Shown here piece by piece: positions 11,624-22,832 of a DNA stretch of 64,000 nt (positions within the stretch are counted from its first letter, which is position 1; the number at the start of each line of letters is the position of its first letter). The notes below the pieces were generated by a model. It was not told the origin of the DNA and did no database searches. It was given only the letters and a program-made list of their open reading frames with translations. Origin of the DNA: Thalia democratica (taxonomy: Eukaryota); the NCBI GenBank assembly GCA_965202585.1, contig OZ241834.1, positions 19,778,001-19,842,000 of the forward strand, written 5' to 3'. The translations under genes were made by a program, and so were the position numbers.

Positions 11624-14600
11624 ATATAAGTCTATAATTTTTTTTGTTGTATTAGTTATATTAATTTAATATTTTTACAAAATTCCTCTTTCTTACGCAA
11701 ACCTATTATTTGCACACAATAATTTACACAATAATCATCTAGTTCATCATTATCTTCGTCTGATTCAATGTAGCTACTTTCATTACTTTCTACGTCAATA
11801 AGTACGTCATCACCCATATATATAACTACATACAATTCTTCTTTAAAATTTGTCATCACTAGTACTCTCATCGTCACTATCCGGTCCTTTTCCTATTATA
11901 ACATACTTATCCTGCAGTAAGTTTTTTTTACACATCAAGCCTTCAACTGAACAATCTTTTCTCCAACACTTTCGCATGAACTTTCCTCCTATAGTTTATT
12001 GGGACTTTCTGATTTTGGTGAGAGGCAAGAACTCTCATTACAGCTTTCTTTACATAATTTAAGAGCCCTGTTCTTGTTTTTACCATAAAAACCTTTTCTT
12101 CTTCTATATGTATGACTTTGCTGAAAAGTACTTTGTAGGCAGCATGTTTATGCTTTATTATTCTCGCGGGCTTCAGTTTGTCGACCCCTGATTTCACCTA
12201 ACATATTCAACATTAAAAAAACAACCTTGCGATCAAAATAAATACTTATAACTTTTTTACAAAATATTTATGTTTGTACAGGTTGTTTTGCACAAGCGTT
12301 TACTTTTACTTTAAAAAAAAACTAAAGAAGCAACAAACCTAACGCTTTCTTATTTTAATTTAACATCTTAAGTTTTATGTGTTAATTTATTTTTTTCAGA
12401 CGTGTACCTGTGAATTAAATTATTCAAAAAATTTATATAATCTTTCCTTTATTAACTACTGGTGTAACTTTTTAAGCTGTAAATCACAGAATAAATAAGT
12501 GTAATGTTTGAAATTGATAGTCAAATATATTCTTAATTTTTAAATAAATAAACGTTGTAAAAAAAGTGCTTTCTAAGCATCATAATAACGTTAATTTATT
12601 AAAAAGATGATGAAAAAAAAACGAATTTTAATACTTATAACAATGAAAAAATAAAGTTAATTATTTTCAAAGTAACTTATACTAAAGCTTTGACACGTAG
12701 CATTTCAAAATTAGTTTTTATTTTTGTTTTTTTGATTAATATTGTTAATAAAAATTAAAATATTCATTCAACATATGATTTTAATATCAGTACCTTATTT
12801 TAAAAAGTCCTTAGATATAGTAGATATATATTTATTTTGTTTTGTATAGTAATAACAAAACAGATAAAAAGCTTTTCATTGTTTTTGAAGTATAGTTTTG
12901 TCTTACTACCTCTATTAATTTTTTTAAAAGATAATTTTATTATTTAGTTACCAAATAATTTTTTTAAATTTAAACAATTATATGTCTATTATTTATTGAT
13001 GTTTTAGTTTGTTTAGTAACATTATCAACTATCAAAGACAAAGCTCTGACTATTCGGTAATTTTCTTCAAATTTATTACTTGGTTTTCTCTTTTTAAGTT
13101 AAAAGTAGAAAAAAAGTATAACTTTTTTTTAAAGATTCCAAAATACCCTTATCAAAAATACTACTTAGTCAAACCTTAGCTATATCAAATAATCATTAAC
13201 TATTCCTAATATAGTTTAAGACAAATTTATATTTTTATAGTATTTATTTATGTTTAATCACACTTAAGAATCATGCAAAAACCAATAGTTTATGTTGTTT
13301 TTTAGTTTCTTTTTATAGTTTATAATCTAAAGTAGGACTAATGAAAATTTTCTAACCATAGTTTTTATTTTTAATGTTTTATTCTGTAAATTAATGATAT
13401 CTTGTGCTATTATTCTTTATGTTTTATTATTTAAATACTAAATATTTAAAAAGTTCAAGTATATTTTTTATGATTTTTTTTTAAATAATGCTTTGTTACA
13501 GTAAAATATATGAATACGATGTATGTAACAATGTATGCACACTTTCATACGATTTGAAAGCTTTCATTTATTTGAATTATAAATTCAAACAATACAAAGC
13601 ACGTCACTAAAACAATAATAAACAAGCGTTGTTATATAGCTTTTAACACAATTTGTTTTATGAAATTTAAAAAATTGTTTGTAACGGTAAAAGTATTTTC
13701 GTAGATTTAATCTAGTTTTTCAAATTTCGTTCAGGTTAGAACAGGTTTCACTTAGACAAAAATATAAAATTTTAATTTGTAAAAAACTTTTTTAATATTT
13801 TAAAGAGAAAATAAATTGTTGTGTTAAAAGTGAATCTTGTAAATTTCAACGTAATTTGAATTTAGCTAATGTTATTTTAACCTACAATACACAGTTGAGC
13901 TTACATTTTAAGATTTTGCTAAAGCATAACATTTTTTTACTTCAAAAGTATACAATTGAGTTTTTAAAAGGGGTCATGAATTCAAAACATCTTAAAATTT
14001 TGTTTAATTTTGCAGTAAGTTCTTTCTTTTATTTCAAATAGATTTGTTTAGTAGCTAACAACTGTATTGTACAGTAATTGTTAGCATATAAATAACTTTT
14101 AAGTATTCAAAAATAAAGAAACATAAAGTATATAAAGTATTACAATGATACTTTTTAGATCGAAACTATAAAAACTGAACTTATAAGTACGTTTTTGGAA
14201 GCTTGTTACACTCTCCTACAATAACTTGTTAAACGTAAACATTTGTTTTTAAACCTACCATGTTTATTTAATTAATTTCTCTCTAAAGTTTTAATAACTT
14301 TTGACTTATAAAATTGACGATTATGTTATATCTAACGCATAAGTTTTAAAATTTGATTATTACCAAATAAAGTTGTTGGTATTTTTATTATTATATAATT
14401 TTAAGTGAGTTAATATTATTGTTTTCATAATATGTTTTTTTTTTATTGTTAAGTCTATTGTATTTAAAATTAAAATAAATATTGTTTTTAAAGTTATAGT
14501 AATTTAAATACTCCAATATTCAACTCAATAGTAAATAATATGATACCTTACAACTTTTGTTTTGTTTCAGTTTAAAATCGTTTTTTATATAAAAGACAAA

Positions 14601-15282
14601 ATTCTGAAATAACTTAAAAACGATAGTATATTAATACCCTTAAGTGTTAAAAAAAAAATTTAGGAGTTCTTATCATTTGTTTACTGGAAAAAAAATTTAA
14701 CAAAAGTGGGAACGCTTCACAACTTTGGGTGTATCCAGAAAATTAAAATATAAACAGTTTTCCACGAGGTATATTATATCATTTGTTTAAGCGTGAAAAC
14801 ATTCAAACAATCGTATTTAGTAATTTAGTCTATAAAACTTTATTTTGTTGTTATTTCAAATCATATATAAAATAAACAGGAAACGTTTTCATAAAGAAGA
14901 TTAAGAACTTACTACTTTTAAAAATTTTCTATCTTAGCACAAATTTGTCTTTATGAACTAAGGTAACTTAAGTGTTCTGTAACAAGGGTCTCGCAGATAA
15001 AAATTTACTTTTCCTTTGGTTAAAAATCAAACTTGCAGATTAAAAAAGTAGAACTTTTAAGAACCTGACAGCTTTTTACTATTTAATTTTACACTTACAC
15101 TTGAAAAGACAAATTCTAGTAAAACAGATTTTGGTTAACGAAAAACTTTTATTAACTCTAACCATAAAAAATATTAAAGTTACAAGATTAGATATTGGTT
15201 TCGTAATTTTAAATTTAACCTTGTTTTTAATAATGAAATCTGTCAGATAACAAGTTGTCTCTTTTTAAATGTTTAAATGAGA

Positions 15283-16170
15283 CACAGTGGGCAGGCAACT
15301 AGAAAAAAAAGACTTTTATTTTAAAAAATATTACTAAAATAAACAGTAAACCAAGATTCTAGAGCTTTATACAAAATTATAAAATTCCGTCTACAACATA
15401 AGTTTAACCAGATTGCGCAAGGCTATTTAAAAAATCTTCGCATAAATAAAGTTTTGATGTCCTTGCTTAAAGAAAATTGAACGCCATATACAGCCTATAA
15501 AATAAATTTTTAAGTTAAGAGTTTTTATAGTTTCTTAGTTTCAAAAGTTTTTTTTTTTTATCTTGTTTAATATTTTTTTTTTCTGAGCTTCTTTTTTTTT
15601 GTAAAAAAAAAACATTGTTAGCCTAGTAAACCTTTAAAGTTTAAGATACTTACGGACCATTTTGATATAAATGTGTGTATTATTTTTTATAAACCATAGT
15701 ATTGTTAGATTTCAATGAACTTATAAAAATATTTTTCAAAAACTCTCAAAATATTTTTTTTAATACTTTACACAGTTGTTGCCGACGTATTCTTAAGAAA
15801 TATCTTTTAGGACTTATTTTTTAAGGAGCATTATTTAATTAAAGAATGAAATGTTCTTAAACAGTATCAATACCTAATATTTAAATTGTACTAAACATTT
15901 GAAAGCTATTAAAACACAAAAGTCATTAAAATATTAGTTAAACTTGCATTAATTTTAAGTTTTAAATAAACTTAGTTTTCAACATAAAAATGCACAAAAA
16001 TACTATTTAGAAAGCTTCTACTTTAAGTCAATTAACTTTTTTTTTTTTTTTTCTTTACTTAGTTTTAAAAATAAAATTGATGCAATCTTAAGCTGCATAT
16101 TTTTTTTTTTATTCACAAATACTGATTTAATTCAAAAGTTTAATTTGATACGCCATTTCGGCCCACTCTG
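15283..16170 (+). mobile_element. Non-autonomous Transib-like DNA element (888 bp)
   Basis: Termini CACAGTGGGC...GCCCACTCTG, flanked by a perfect 5-bp direct repeat TGAGA (15278-15282 and 16171-16175). Confidence 0.7.
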
Positions 16171-16309
16171 TGAGATAAAAAAAAAATATAAATGTTATTT
16201 TTTATTAAAAGTGTAAGTACTATTTGAAGGCAAAAGCATCATTTTTAATAAGTACTTTATTTTAATATTTATTTTTAGACGAAGAATACAAGTAGTTTAA
16301 TTTGAAAAT

Positions 16310-17887
16310 ATGCCAAAAAAAGCCATCAAGCGCAAGTCGACGTCCAACACCAGCAAAAAAGTCGCCGCCAAAAAATCCGACAGCAAAAAGCCAACAGAAG
16401 CCGCCACCACTTCCGAATGCAAAAAGACTTGCTTGCCACCCATCGACAACGAATGCAGGTTGTGGCGCAGCGATCAGTACGAAGTTTACGCGGAAAACGG
16501 AACGGTTTACAACGCGATGCTCAACCAGACCAACATCAAAGACAACAACAACAAGTTCTACGTGCTGCAGGTCATCAAGGAAAAGGACGTGGACCGTTAC
16601 TGGGTCTACAACAAGTGGGGCAGGATCGGTCGCACCGTGGGCGACGATTTGAAGAGGTTCGACTCTGGTAAAGAGGCGGCGATCAAAGACTTTACTAAAA
16701 AGTTTCAGTTGAAAACAGGCAACAAGTGGGGCGGCGAGTTCAAGAAGAAAAACAAAAAGTACGACTTGATCGAGGTCGACTACTCGGAAAAGGAGGAGGA
16801 AGAAGAAAAACCTGTGGCAGACGTCAAGAAAAGCAACGCGGCGTCAAACTTGGACCTGAAACTGCAAGAGCTGATGAAGATGATATTTGACGTGAGCGAA
16901 TGGGAGCGGTCCATGACGGACTTAGGCTTCGACGTTAAAAAGTCGCCACTGGGAAAGCTGACCAAGGCGCAAGTCAAGGTGGGTTACGAGACTCTGAAGC
17001 GCGTGGCTGCCATCATCGACACGAAGAACAAAGCCGGCCTCGAGGCTGCCTGCAGCGAGTTTTACACGCGAATTCCACACAACTTCGGTATGAAGAGGCC
17101 GACGATAATAAGAACCCACGCCCAGGTCAAGGAAAAAATACAGCTGCTCGAGTCACTCGACGACGTTCAATCCGGAATGGAAATAGTGAAGTCGGACGCG
17201 GGAGGGGAAGTTTGCGTGTTGGACAGCTACTACAAGTCGCTCAACTGCGAGCTGAAGCCCCTGAACCGCCAGTCTTCAGATTACAAGCTGGTGGACGAGT
17301 TCGTGAGCAACACCCACGCCCCGACCCACTCCGCGTACGAGCTCCAGCTGATGGACGTGTACGACGTCAACAGAGTGTCCGACAGCACCAGGTACCAGAA
17401 GAGCCTCAGCCCCAAGATGCTCCTCTGGCACGGGTCGCGCCTGATGAACTGGTGCGGTATTTTGAGCCAGGGGCTGCGGATCGCGCCGCCGGAGGCGCCG
17501 GTGAGCGGGTACATGTTCGGAAAGGGGGTTTATTTCGCGGACATGGTGTCCAAGTCGGCGAACTACTGCCGCGCGTCCAAGAGAAGCCCCTACGGCTTGC
17601 TGCTGCTGTGCGAGGTGGCCGTGGGCAGCATGAACGAGAAGCTGCAGGCGGATTACCATGCCAACGAGCTGCCCAGCGGTAAGCACAGCACGAAGGGGGT
17701 GGGCAGGACTTCGCCGGACGACGGGGCGAGCAGGGTGCTGGGCGAAGACGTTAAAGTGCCGCTGGGAAAACCGAAGGTTCAGGAGGTGCGGGGCGGCTAC
17801 CTGCTGTACAACGAGTACATCGTCTATGACGTCACACAGGTCAAGCCGAAGTACCTCGTAAAAGTCAAGTTCAATTTTAAGTACTAG
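16310..17887 (+). CDS. PARP2: PARP2-like poly(ADP-ribose) polymerase (basic N-tail, WGR, regulatory helical domain, catalytic domain), intronless, 525 aa
   Basis: WGR domain (YNAMLNQTNI..NNNKFY, WGRIG), helical domain (SPLGKL, FYTRIPH), and catalytic LLWHGSR, IAPPEAPVSGYMFGKGVYFADMVSKSANYC, LLYNEYIVY give an intact H-Y-E triad and a PARP1/2-type D-loop. No zinc fingers or BRCT domain. Confidence 0.9.
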   Translation: MPKKAIKRKSTSNTSKKVAAKKSDSKKPTEAATTSECKKTCLPPIDNECRLWRSDQYEVYAENGTVYNAMLNQTNIKDNNNKFYVLQVIKEKDVDRYWVYNKWGRIGRTVGDDLKRFDSGKEAAIKDFTKKFQLKTGNKWGGEFKKKNKKYDLIEVDYSEKEEEEEKPVADVKKSNAASNLDLKLQELMKMIFDVSEWERSMTDLGFDVKKSPLGKLTKAQVKVGYETLKRVAAIIDTKNKAGLEAACSEFYTRIPHNFGMKRPTIIRTHAQVKEKIQLLESLDDVQSGMEIVKSDAGGEVCVLDSYYKSLNCELKPLNRQSSDYKLVDEFVSNTHAPTHSAYELQLMDVYDVNRVSDSTRYQKSLSPKMLLWHGSRLMNWCGILSQGLRIAPPEAPVSGYMFGKGVYFADMVSKSANYCRASKRSPYGLLLLCEVAVGSMNEKLQADYHANELPSGKHSTKGVGRTSPDDGASRVLGEDVKVPLGKPKVQEVRGGYLLYNEYIVYDVTQVKPKYLVKVKFNFKY

Positions 17888-18735
17888 CTTCACTATGTTT
17901 TAACAGAGGTTGCGCAGCAAAGCCACAACTAGTGAAAGTATACAACGCTGTGAACCAACTTTTGATTGCAATAAGTTTTTAACTATCACTGTTTAAGTGT
18001 TCGATTTTACTAGACACGTTGATTTTTATATTTGCGTTCACTTATTAACTGTTTTAAACTTTTACTTTTAAACGTTACTTGTACAATTTTGTTCGAACAC
18101 TCACAACTTTTACATTTATTCGCTCAAAGTAGTTTTTTTTTATTTTAACCGATCAAAAAGCAACCTTTATTTTGTACGTATGAAGTCATTGGTCTTTAAA
18201 AATAGTTATTTGACAGCAACTAAAAATGAATATGTGCAAATTTTTTGTATGCATTTTATTGCTAAAGTTTTCTGTTAAAATTTTATGATTTTTTAAATAT
18301 CTATTCAACTTTTCAACAACTTAAGTATATTTAGAGTTCTGTTAAATTATATATCGTTTGTAATTTTTAACAAGCAGCGGATCGGAAATTAATTGAAATT
18401 AAATTATATGTTTATTACTAAATACTCCCGACCAATGAAATATAATCAAACAGAACTCTGAACACACCTAGGTATTTGTTAAATTGAATAGAATAAAGTT
18501 TACAAGTGGCCGTATCTCCTAACAAATTTTTAAAAATTACGTAGAAGAGTGTTTGTAATTACCAAAGTAGTTTACAAACTTTTAAACAAGTACTAAATTT
18601 TCTTTAATTTAGAGACATTAAGTTTTGTACGGGAAATAAATTTTTGCTTAATTAGATTGATTATCAGTGTTTAGTATCGAAATTGTTTAATGATAATTTG
18701 TTAACTGTGTGTTTCATTTAGTTAATGATCTAAAC

Positions 18736-18986
18736 CAGGATTTCCTAAATTTTAGTAAGTCGGTAATAACTAGTAAAGGGCAAAAGAGGGGATGAGGGCA
18801 ATTTCAAACTTTTTGGCAACTTTGGAGTTTAAAACTTTACTAGATATTCTTGAGTTGTAGATGAAGAAAAAAAAAGTTCTTAGGTTATTTTAAATGGTAG
18901 CCTTTTGAGTAGTCTTGTTGGAGGGGATAATAGCCTTTTTAATTTCTATAAAGGGGGCTAGATAAAAAAAAAGTTTGGAAACCCTG
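18736..18986. mobile_element. hAT (Charlie-like) MITE, 251 bp
   Basis: TIRs CAGGATTTCCTAAA / TTTGGAAACCCTG and a perfect 8-bp TSD ATCTAAAC (18728-18735, 18987-18994) resembling the NTCTAGAN Charlie target. Confidence 0.85.
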
Positions 18987-19834
18987 ATCTAAACCATTTT
19001 TTTACTAAACCATTGTACTTTCGACTAAGGCTTATTAATAACTGAATTCTAGTAAATTTAACTGAAGTAAAAGTATACTGTGGTCAAAAGTTTATAAGTT
19101 TATAAAATATAAAATTACGAAATGATCGAGTAAAGAGTTGGGATTTAAAAATTAACTAAAGTTTTAAAGCTAAATAAATACAATACGGTTGACTAATTAA
19201 AATTATTAGATTTAATATCATACTAAAATGAACTTTGAATTGATAATAAAATTTACAAACAAAGTTGCACTTGTCAAAACAATTACCATAAAACTACTTG
19301 AAATAAAGATTTAAAAAATCTAGACTGATAAAAAAGTGTTTCAGCTTACATAAACTGAGCTTTAATGACTAAATACATAAGGCTTCCAGAATATGTAGCA
19401 CATACGTTCTCATAACTTTAATAAATAAATAAATAATTCATATAGAAACTAGTTAAAATAACACTGACTGGTAAATAACTAAAACTTTAGTATTTAGGCA
19501 TAAATAACATACATACCTAAGACATTTTTATAGAATAAAGTAGAATAAAATCTATAAAAACATAATAATTATATTTTAACTGATTATTTTTTAATTTTTG
19601 TTCTACTTCTATTATTTATGCATTTATTACAGAGTAGTCTTTATCAGAATTACTTTAAACACATCTGAATGTTTCAGAAACTATATTATTTTATTGATAA
19701 TTTTCCATATTATAACATAGTACTTCATATACTTAATAATCATTTGTAATAAGCTTTAAATTAAATTATTTTTTTATTTTTTTAGTTGCAAGTATAGAAG
19801 GAAAAATCCGAATTTAGCATATTGATATTAGATA

Positions 19835-20690
19835 AATTATACTAACTCGACGACTGATGGCGACAGCGGCGGCCCGGTCACAAACGATCATGACGACAGT
19901 TTGCACGGTGTATTGTCATCGGGGACTCCCCGGTGGATGCCGCTACAGTAACTCGGTGACGGAGATTAAACTTTTGCTATATGTGGACAATTTCATCGAA
20001 AACACTATAAAGTCGCAGACGCCGGAGCAGACGATATTGCAGCAGAGCTCTTTATAAAATCCCAGCTTTATTGCTGCCCTGCTGTCAGGGAACGCGGCGG
20101 CGAAAAGCGGCGAAGTTTACTTCACCAGGTGCAGCGGGGCTTTTTTGATGAAAACTTTGTATCGCCACCGGCCACTGCGTGCAGGGGTGCAACTACGGCG
20201 ACGGAAGATATGGATCCCTGCGAGCTTTCCGACAGGAGGAGGCGACCAAGAGACCAGGTTAGCGGCCGCGTGGTATCTTCGCGACGGCGTGGCGCTTGTC
20301 TACTTCCGGGAGACGTTTGAAATTGTCGACATGCTCAGGCTGCCAAAGGAAGCGCATATGAACAGCTGGGAAGAGTGCAGTCTATGTCAGATGGGGATGA
20401 GCTACTTTAACCCGCTGACGGGCGACGCCAGGCACGGAAGTGTCGAAGCGGCGCTGAAGTGAGAGATGATGTCGGTGGAAGCAAGTTTTGAAGACGACGG
20501 CGAGATCACGGTCAAAGCTGAGGACGGGTTCACGTCTCATTCTGGCGTCGTGTCGTACTGGCGCGACGACGAAGAAGGCGAGGTTGGGAGGATTCTGGCT
20601 TTGGAGTTTGACAGAGAGAACGAGATCGATTATTCTTCTACTAAGACGCCGAGAATAGATGATAATTGGCTGCGCAGAGGAAGTCAATAG
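19835..20690 (+). pseudogene. Decayed tandem trypsin-like (S1) serine protease: C-terminal part of one domain plus most of a second
   Basis: Across frameshifts: GDSGGPV..LHGVLSSG (19859-19924), GC..YVDNFIENTIK (19935-20010), NPSFIAALL..RCSGAFL, IATGHCV (20161-20181), RDGVALV..LP (about 20280-20345). In-frame stops TAA 20055 and TGA 20460. Confidence 0.7.
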
Positions 20691-21069
20691 GCTGGAAGCG
20701 AAAGGAAAGGTTAAGGAGTTGAAGTTGCTCTGTCTTTCCAAGAGAAAGATTTAATCAAGAAACTGTATTTCTATTTAAATGTATGAGTGAGATATAACAA
20801 CTTTGAAAAGTGTATAACGTGCAAGTAATAAATTTATGTTTAAATATTAATTGGTTTTTTATAACAGAATCATTCTAATTTATTTTGTCAGTTACTAATA
20901 TGTAGCACCATTTACCAAAAACACCACGCGCCGCCATAAATTTGTTCAAACAAAACTTTTTTTTTAGTTACCAAACTTAATATGCTTAATTAAACAAAGT
21001 TAATACCTCTGAAAATGTTTTTTTCCATTTCAACAAGCTTATCTTATTTTGAAAGTCAAATACAAGCTT

Positions 21070-21099
<30 letters not shown>
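21070..21099. repeat. (TA)n microsatellite
   Basis: About 15 TA units. Confidence 0.95.
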
Positions 21100-21100
<1 letters not shown>

Positions 21101-22832
21101 ACACTCAAATCTGTCTAAGACACAGTTAACGATATTTTTCATTTTTTCATAAACTTATATCATCGAGTTTTGTTTATAATGTAATAAATGATAGTTAAAA
21201 ATAACTAAGTAGTATACATTTAAAAAATATTTTCCAGTACAAATTTTAATTGGTTTTTAGTAACTTTTGTTTTTTTTTTCTAGTAATACAGTTGTTCTTG
21301 TTATAATTTTTCACATTCGGTTTTACAAAAATACTAAAGTTTAATCTTTGTAAACATTTTTTTACACGATCGGCGAAAAACAGAATAGTTTTTAATAATT
21401 TATTATTAAATTTATATTACAATCTATTTTGGTCCTTTGACCAAACGTTTTGAGCGTATTTTTGTCGTTCATTAAACAATAATATTAACATGTAGTAATT
21501 TTTGACTTGTAACGACTTTGTTATCTTAGAAAAAAAAAAAAAAGTGAAAATAAGTTATAAAAGTAATGTTAAAAATAATTTAAAAAAATTGTCTACAAAT
21601 ACAGTAATAAACAGAATTAAATGCTAATTTCAGCCCTAACTTTTTTACTGTTTTATAGCTTTAAAAACTATTAAAAAGCTATTTATATGGTTCTAATTGT
21701 TTTTTAAGTTTTTAAACACAACGGAACACGTTTTATGAACAAATATTAATAAACCGTTCAGTTATCAAAACTTTATTCCATACTAGAATTTTGCAGTGGT
21801 AACAATTTAAATACTCTTCGGTCAAAATAAACTGTTTATTTTAACAGAAGAGCACCGGTAGTAATACCACCGCAAAACTCTAGTTTTGGATTAAGCTTAA
21901 AATCACAATTTTTTTTATCTGAAGCTCTTTAAATTTTTTTAATTGAGCAAAACTATATTAGATTATTTTAAAGTGTTTTTGTTATATGAACAAAAATTAA
22001 AAAAGTTTTGAAAAAGAATTACCTTAGTAAGACTAAAAACTATTTCGATTTTAGCTTATTATACATTAAATTAAAAGTATTTAAAAATTATAAAGTGACA
22101 GCTTTAACTAACTACAATCATTTTCTCTATAGTCTAAGTACAAGTTTAAAGTTTTATTTTTTTATACTGATAAACTTAAGAGGTTTGTAAAACAAAACTG
22201 TTAAAACAAAAACATTTAAGATAGTAGAAAATTTACCTGAAACAAAATTAAATAAAAAGTACATTACAAAATTACGACAATAAACGACATTGTGTGTATT
22301 TCCATTATATATTAGAAAATTAAATATACTATAGTGTAGTTAGTAGTCGTTTTTGTTATTTCGTATAAATTTATTAGCTTCCAATTGATCTGTTACAATC
22401 TACTTTAAAATTTAATATATATAAAAGTAAATAATTTACGTTTAATTACTGTCAAATCTAGTTTCCAACTTATATCTTGAAGTTTAAGAAAAAATCGATA
22501 AAAATACTAATACAGTATTTTCTACGCACATACTTGTATGACTTGATAATTAAAATGTGTAAGTTTTAAGGTAAGTTTTGAGCATTTCTAAAAAGTTTAA
22601 AACTGTTATGTATTCTTTACAACACCTGTTAACTGACTTTTAATACATTTAACTTCGTTTAATTTTGAAAGCTAGTATATATATAATTATGAATATAAAA
22701 AGTAGTTTTACAAATAACATCACAATTAGTTAACTATAGTCAAGCAAAAGTTACTCTACATGCAAACCTTACATGCTAAAAAAAATTGACTGTATTGCAT
22801 ATTTTAAGATCGCTGTATACAAATCAATACTA

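Noticed and set aside
15283-15312. Full 12-RSS (heptamer, 12-bp spacer, A-rich nonamer) in the Transib-like end
   Set aside because: GAAAAAAAA is a poor nonamer in A-rich DNA and is not present in the second element.
19857-20690. Three same-frame ORFs separated by TAA and TGA, read as stop-codon reassignment, readthrough or selenocysteine
   Set aside because: The protease motifs also need frameshifts, and neighbouring genes end normally at TGA and TAG. A pseudogene explains it better.
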